This document shows, piece after piece, positions 57,890 to 64,000 of a stretch of 64,000 bases of DNA. The stretch is from positions 37,820,001-37,884,000 of the forward strand of contig NC_043013.1 in assembly GCF_006345805.1 (NCBI RefSeq). The letters run 5' to 3'. The notes beneath the pieces are model-generated. The model was not told the origin of the DNA, ran no database searches, and was given only the letters and a program-made list of their open reading frames with translations. Both the position numbers and the translations under genes were made by a program. Positions within the stretch are counted from its first letter, which is position 1, and each line of letters starts with the position of its first letter. The DNA is from Octopus sinensis (lineage: Eukaryota).

Positions 57890-58981
57890 AAGCTTTTATA
57901 TTCTTATACAGACAGCGAAGTAAAATACAAGAAAATACAGAAAATATATATATACAAATGCCACGCACGTTAAACAGTTCGTATTCGAACAATAGCAAAT
58001 ATATTAGACAGAATGAATATATTAAAATACAATGAAGAAGGCGATGGTGATGATGACAACGACGACGACGACCATGATGAGGATGATGAAGCCAACGACG
58101 ATGATGATGTTTTCTGATAATGGCTACGAAAGCTAATAAATACATAAATATGAGAGGTTCATCGGGGATATAGGTGAGATTAACAATAGACATAAGAATA
58201 CATGAATAAATAGAAAGCAATAAATATTAATAAAATTAATGGACAACAAAATAGTAACAAGAACCGGTCCCCAGAATGAACATCAACCGCATGAAGTTAT
58301 TTGCGGTACCTCCACCCCTGGTTGAAACATTGTTCATTAAGATACACAACAGACGTGTGTCATCTTCCAGATACAGACGTATATTTAACGTATTCACCTC
58401 CATCCACGTCACTCTCTTTGTTCTCCTCGCCCCAGAAATGTTGAATGGAGTTTGCAACTCCATCTCCATCTCCTTTTTATCTTCCTACAGCCGTTTAATA
58501 ATTTGTTGTGGGGCTTGGCCAGAGAGGAAAAAACTCTGAGTTAAATAAAAATCTGTTTCATACAATTTCAACAGTAAACTTATTTACTGTATACAACTGA
58601 GAAAGACTTCTCACTTTTCATTGACAAAACGAATAAAGGGGAGTGTCCGTTTGCACGATAGACCTCACTGAATAACCGGATGTGTTCTACATGTAATAAC
58701 AGCTGTTCCAAACAAGAAAAATATCAAACAAACAAAAAAAGGAAAATCACAATTCACTATTTATAGACACTGTAAAAGCGTGTTTCGGGTGGTAGCATCA
58801 CTTTGGGTATCCCAAGGATAGAATCAATTCATGGTAGCTCCAGCACACTCATACCCACAGAATTTCTCCCGGACAAGCAATCATTTCTCCAGCGATAGGG
58901 TTGCGAGGTTGATGACTATAGAGGTTCAGTACTATATATTTACAAAGTCGACTGTCCTTCAGACAATTTAACACAGGCTGT

Positions 58982-59312
58982 AAGGCGGCGAGCTGACAGA
59001 AACGTAAGCAAACCGAGCGAAATTCTTATCGGTATTTTGTATGTCTTTACGTTCTAATTTCAAATTCCGCCCAGATCGACTTTGCCTTTCATCCTTTCGG
59101 AGTTGATAAATTAAGTACCAGTTGCGTACTGGGGTCGATACAATGGACTTGTCCCCTCCCCACAAAACTTCTGGCCTTGTGCCTAGAGTAGAAAAGAATA
59201 TAACGCAGACTGTAAGGCGGTGAGCTGGCAGAAATGTTAGCAAACTGGGCGAAATGCTTAGCGGTATTTCGTCTGTTTTACGTTCTGAGTTCAAATTCTG
59301 CCCAGGTCGACT
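58982..59312 (+). mobile_element. SINE family B full copy (tail 2) plus a 3'-truncated copy
   Basis: Two heads AAGGCGG.GAGCTG.CAGAAA, each preceded by CTGT. Confidence 0.88.
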
Positions 59313-59919
59313 TGAGAAAGTACAATAAAAATTATATTTTGTAGCGAGAAAATCACTGTTGAAAATGAGACTAAATTAATCGAAATACGAAGTAATGTAA
59401 GGTAAGTTTGGAAAAAATCAATTGAGCGTCGAATTAAATACCTTACAGCGTTAGTGAAAGACCTTTACCATATAAATCCAAGGTCCGGTCAGACATCCGG
59501 TAACTTTCACTCCTTCAAGTTTAATCAAAGCATGATGTGCAGTCCTCATATAATCAAAATTTCCCTCAGAAAAATGTGAGGCTTTGTGGTAATGCATGGC
59601 CCCATTTATATGGCTTATTAAGAAGGAGAAAAGTCCCAGATTGAGCTTTGCATCAAGACTGGGTAGCGAAAAAAAAAATGAGAAGGAAACCATCCTTTAT
59701 AGTCTACAGCAATTAGAATCTCTATATCTATCCTTAGACTGAAGAACATTTTGAATACTTGGTTTTGTTTGTACGGTTAGTTATTAATGAACCGTATATG
59801 AAAGTAACGGGGTTAAAGTCCTTTAGCAAATAGCATACATACACGCGGAAACACACACACACATGTATAATTTATAAATGTATACACACGCGCACACACC
59901 TGTACATAAATCATATATA

Positions 59920-60140
59920 TATCAAAATGTGACCTCGCGTGTACCGTTGGCGATATTTTTTCCTGTCTTCCCTTCTCTGGATCTTTCCTTCTCCTATGTT
60001 TCCGACGAAGAACTCCGCTCGAAACGTTAAACCCTCCTTCTTCCCTTCTTTCCTGAGCGTCCAATAATACTATATTTGTTCCACGTCCTCGCGTTGTTGT
60101 GTTTTTTTTTGTGTTTTGTGTTTTCTTGTTTGGATTAACT
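59920..60140 (+). mobile_element. Roughly 220-bp non-coding element carrying a minimal hammerhead (59998-60032, U4C variant)
   Basis: GTTT-CCGACGA-A-GAAC-TCC-GCTC-GAAA-CG-TT-AAAC (one stem-II mismatch); (TA)n flanks; sister copy at 60902. Confidence 0.72.
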
Positions 60141-60151
60141 ATATATATATA

Positions 60152-60570
60152 TAGGCGCATGAGTGGCTGTTTGGTAAGTAGCTTGCTAACCAACCACATG
60201 GTTCCGGGTTCAGTCCCACTGCGTGGCATCTTGGGCAAGTGTCTTCTGCTATAGCCCCGGGCCAACCAGTGCCTTGTGAGTGGATTTGGTAGACGGAGGC
60301 TGAGGGAGGCCTGTCGTGTATGTGTGTGTATGTATAAGTGTGTGTGAATATGTTTGTGTCTGTGTTTGTTCCCCTAGCATTGCTTGACAACCGATGCTGG
60401 TGTGTTTACGTCCCCGTCACTTAGCGGTTCGGCAAAAGAGACCGATAGAATAAGTACTGTGCTTACAAAGAATAAGTCCCGGGGTCGATTTGCTCGACTA
60501 AAGGCGGTGCTCCAGCATGGCCGCAGTCAAATGACTGAAACAAGTAAAAAGAGTAAAAAAAGAAAAAAGA
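60152..60570 (+). mobile_element. SINE family A, full length (3' half relic also at about 61680-61878)
   Basis: Complete modules. Confidence 0.93.
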
Positions 60571-60609
<39 letters not shown>

Positions 60610-60619
60610 TATATATATC

Positions 60620-60724
60620 AATACAGTGTACATTTAAACACATAAGAGGTATCCATTTCACGCTAGAAGCAACAAAAGAATCCCATGAAGGATACTTCTT
60701 ATGTGTTTAAATGTACACTGTATT
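60620..60724. repeat. 35-bp inverted repeat with a 35-nt spacer
   Basis: AATACAGTGTACATTTAAACACATAAGAGGTATCC and GGATACTTCTTATGTGTTTAAATGTACACTGTATT, one G-T mismatch. Confidence 0.92.
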
Positions 60725-60901
60725 TTATATGAATAATATATAGTCTATTGATTAATTTTTCTACATGCTAGGCCACAGGTAGCAACAAATTTATAAAATC
60801 TTTATTACCCTGATATTATTAACTATATGTGTGTGCGTGTGTGTGTGTGTATGTGTGTGTGTGTGTGTATGTGTGTGTGGGGGTGTGTGTGAGTGTGTGT
60901 A

Positions 60902-61123
60902 TTTCGAAATGTAACCACATGTAGATCGTTGGCAATTTTTTTCCTCGGTCTTCCTTTTCCCTTGGAGTTACTTCCGTCTCCTGTTTCTGATGAAGAGCTT
61001 TGCTCGATATATAAAACTACCTTTCTTTCCTTCCTTGACCGTCTGCTAATACTTTGCATGGACCACGTCCTGGCGTTGCTTTTTTTTTTGTTGTGTTTGT
61101 TTTTCGTATTTTCTTATTTACTA
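60902..61123 (+). mobile_element. Diverged sister of the 59920 element, with decayed hammerhead (60983-61017)
   Basis: GTTT-CTGATGA-A-GAGC-TTT-GCTC-GATA-TA-TA-AAAC; shared CGTTGGC..TTTTTTCC and CCACGTCCT..CGTTG. Confidence 0.68.
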
Positions 61124-61380
61124 TATGTGTGTGTGTGTTTGTGTATGTGCGTGTAAAAAGGTTGAAGTAGATTCGTCCTTTAATTTGGAGGTTACCAAAA
61201 AAGATTTCTGATATCGATTCTTCATATTTTGCTGGTAGTTTACAGGCGTAAATTTACGAGTATGAAAATAATACTCGTATATTATGTGTTGTGAATTTAT
61301 GGAAAGAAATCCCATAAAACTCAACAGATCTGTTAGAAATGGAGAAGAGATCTTAAAATATATAAAAGAATTTAAATTCA

Positions 61381-61480
61381 TGCAGACGATCGTTTCGTAC
61401 AGAGATAAAAAAAATCATGCAAGTTCATGGTTGAATTGAATTTATAAAATTAATTATATATCACTGTACTCTTCAGTTAA
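61381..61480 (-). ncRNA. Hammerhead-like motif with canonical core and long stem II, stem I not formed
   Basis: Minus strand CTGAAGA-GTACAGTGATA..TATCTCTGTAC-GAAA-C-GATC-G-TC; stem II 10 of 11 bp. Confidence 0.55.
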
Positions 61481-61626
61481 AGGATTATAAACAAATTTTT
61501 TTCAAAGGACTTGAGAAAGGAAATAGCAGAATAAAATCTAGCTGATCCCTATTTATTCTTATGAGAAAAAGAGATGTGAGTCCAGTTTTTTTTCAAGCCT
61601 AGTACTTATATATACACATATATACA

Positions 61627-61665
<39 letters not shown>

Positions 61666-61883
61666 ATATAGACATATATGTGTGTGTGTCTGTGTGTATA
61701 CATATCTGTGTGTCTGTGTTTGTTTGGTGTGTTTACATCCCCGTAATATAGCGCTTCGGCAAAGCAACCGATAGAAAAAGTACTAGGCTTAGAAAGAATA
61801 TATCATGAGATCAATTTGTGTGATAAAAGGCAGTTCTCCAACATCGCTGCAGTCAAGTGACTGAAACCAATAAAAGAATATAT

Positions 61884-61944
<61 letters not shown>

Positions 61945-63003
61945 TATATATGTATGTCCCTTAAAGCGTTGCCTCTCTTAGGTACAACTCATCTAAAATA
62001 ACCAAGAAGCTTGAAACATAGATGTCTGAGATTCCTAATGGATGTCGACACTCAACGGACCGGGTATTTTTACACATTTTTACGATAAGAGAGATTTCTT
62101 TCTCCGTGATAACTGCAGTGTAATTGCCTTTTAGCAGTTTTTTCAACTTAGCTAATTCTGCTCATACATATACATATATATGTATATATGTATATGCCTA
62201 CATATTTATGTATGTATATGTGTGTGTATGTGTGTGCATACGCACACACATATATACATATGTATACACACACACAGACACAGACACACACGCACATACA
62301 CACATATATGCATGTATGTGTATGCATAATGTCATGACTGATCTTTTCTTTTGGAACTGTCCAAAAGAATCGAAATTTTATTTTCTTCATTTCTACTGCG
62401 AGTGTTACATCTTTTGCATGATTTGGAGAATATACCAACCTCATTATCCAAACAGTTATCAAGTGCACAGTTCCTCCAGGACTCGTTTCCCCTGTCTTGG
62501 TTCGTCCAGTACAATGCAGGCCCACAACATATAACCATATAACCACGTTACAGCACAATTACTTTTCCTCAACAGGTTCGGTTTTATTCAAATTTATCAC
62601 AAAACAAATTGAAGAAATATATCTCTCCACATCTTTAAACAGTTTATTCGGACGATACTTGCCAGATGCCACCATATAACAGTGAATTTACAGGGGAGTT
62701 AAATCTCCCTCTAAGTTCAACTCGAAGCAACTGATAAGAGTTTAGCCAAGACAAAATTAGGAGTATCAGTCTTCAGTCTTTTCAGTAGTGTCTGGCGACG
62801 GAATCGTTAGCGTGCCGGGAAAATGCTTGGAGGGGTCTGTCTTTAGTTCCTGATTTCAAATGCCACCGGTTTCAACTTTACCTTTCATCCATTCGCGGTC
62901 GATAAAATAACTTCTAGTCGTATAGTGGGGGGTCTAACCGACTTAGGCAGCCCCACTCGAAATTGTTTGCCTTGCTCCGAAATTTGAAACTTGTCCAACG
63001 TGC

Positions 63004-63004
<1 letters not shown>

Positions 63005-63071
<67 letters not shown>

Positions 63072-63152
63072 TATTATATTATTATTATTATTATTATTAT
63101 TGTTGTTGTTGTTGTTGTTTTTTGTTATTGTTGTTGTTGTTGTTGTTGATGC

Positions 63153-63207
<55 letters not shown>

Positions 63208-63243
63208 GTTATTATTATTATTGTTATTATTATTATTATTATT
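63005..63243. repeat. (ATT)n/(GTT)n trinucleotide array
   Basis: Direct reading. Confidence 0.97.
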
Positions 63244-64000
63244 GGCAATCATCTCTAGAGAGAATATCCGAATGGTTTTTACCAATAAAAGAAATGGCTG
63301 CAAGGAAAATTCTCACGACTCGACTAATTACGTTTCTACGCGGCGAAGTAATTCTTCAGTGCTCGATCACTAAAAGAATGAATGCAGCAATGTTTCGTTG
63401 CTTTGCATGCATTTTGGATAGGTTCCTATATTGTTACTTCCGTGCTTGTAGAGTTTGAGTGCAGCTCATAATGTTCCAGTGTAACACCTCTGCTAGACCA
63501 GAGAATCTTGAAAGTTGTGCAACGCGTTTAGTGAATAGTTGATCGTCAGCGAAGCGTAGTTGTGACGTTTGAGTCGAGAATGCTGAGTACAGCCTGGACT
63601 AGACCAGCTAGTACTGAGGAGTAGAGACCGCTGTGAGTGCGGCTCCAAATGCGCAGAGAGAAGATAACAGTTCTGTAGTCCGTAGGTCAGAGTTTGGTGT
63701 GTGTCGATGAGTGATGAGCAATGAGCGATTTCGTGCCAATAATTCTAGTGACCTTTCTCTTGAAGTGGTCCAAGAGGACTATGCGTGTATGCGCGAGTGA
63801 GCGCGTGTGTGTATGTGTATGTGTGTGTACGTGCATGCGTGTGCAAAAAACAAGCCCATGTTGATGATGATGATGATGATGATGATGACGGTGAAGAAGA
63901 ACAACAACAACAGCAACAACAATATCAACAACGACAAACCAATTATATATAGTAGAAAAAAGGGTTAGTGTACACATATAATGAATATATTTATTTACCA

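Noticed and set aside
58236-58539. Overlapping 77-aa and 87-aa ORFs in non-repetitive sequence
   Set aside because: No recognisable domain or convincing splice sites; a host exon cannot be excluded without RNA-seq
63329-63362. Minus-strand CTGAAGA-ATTAC..GTA-GAAA-CG-TA
   Set aside because: Core is canonical but stem II is only 3 bp and offset, and there is no stem I
62332-63780. Complex sequence that might be exonic or promoter-like
   Set aside because: Short ORFs only, stops in the frames tried, no motif I can support

Overview
Gene-free, AT-rich, repeat-saturated eukaryotic DNA, most likely from an octopus or other coleoid cephalopod (inferred from the tRNA/CORE/Meta-domain SINE families and the extreme (TA)n/(GATA)n/(ATGT)n/(AAT)n load; not provable from the window alone). 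I found no host protein-coding exon; nearly all listed ORFs are microsatellite read-throughs. Recognisable coding relics all belong to transposons: a 5'-truncated Tx1/L1-clade LINE sitting inside a (GATA)n array, a second copy of that family that has grown an 18-bp minisatellite inside ORF2, several R4/Dong-type RLE LINE pieces in (AAT)n arrays, RTE and CR1 fragments, a Penelope GIY-YIG fragment, Tc1/mariner relics and MITEs, and Helitron/Helentron-like elements. The strongest hidden signal is a set of about nine short motifs with type I minimal hammerhead-ribozyme topology. They come from several apparently unrelated non-coding element families, include core variants (U4C, A6U), long stem-II inserts and one 1.35-mer tandem unit, and point to an abundant Penelope-dependent or retrozyme-like system. 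Coordinates of degraded elements are approximate; all folds were paired by eye and none was computed.
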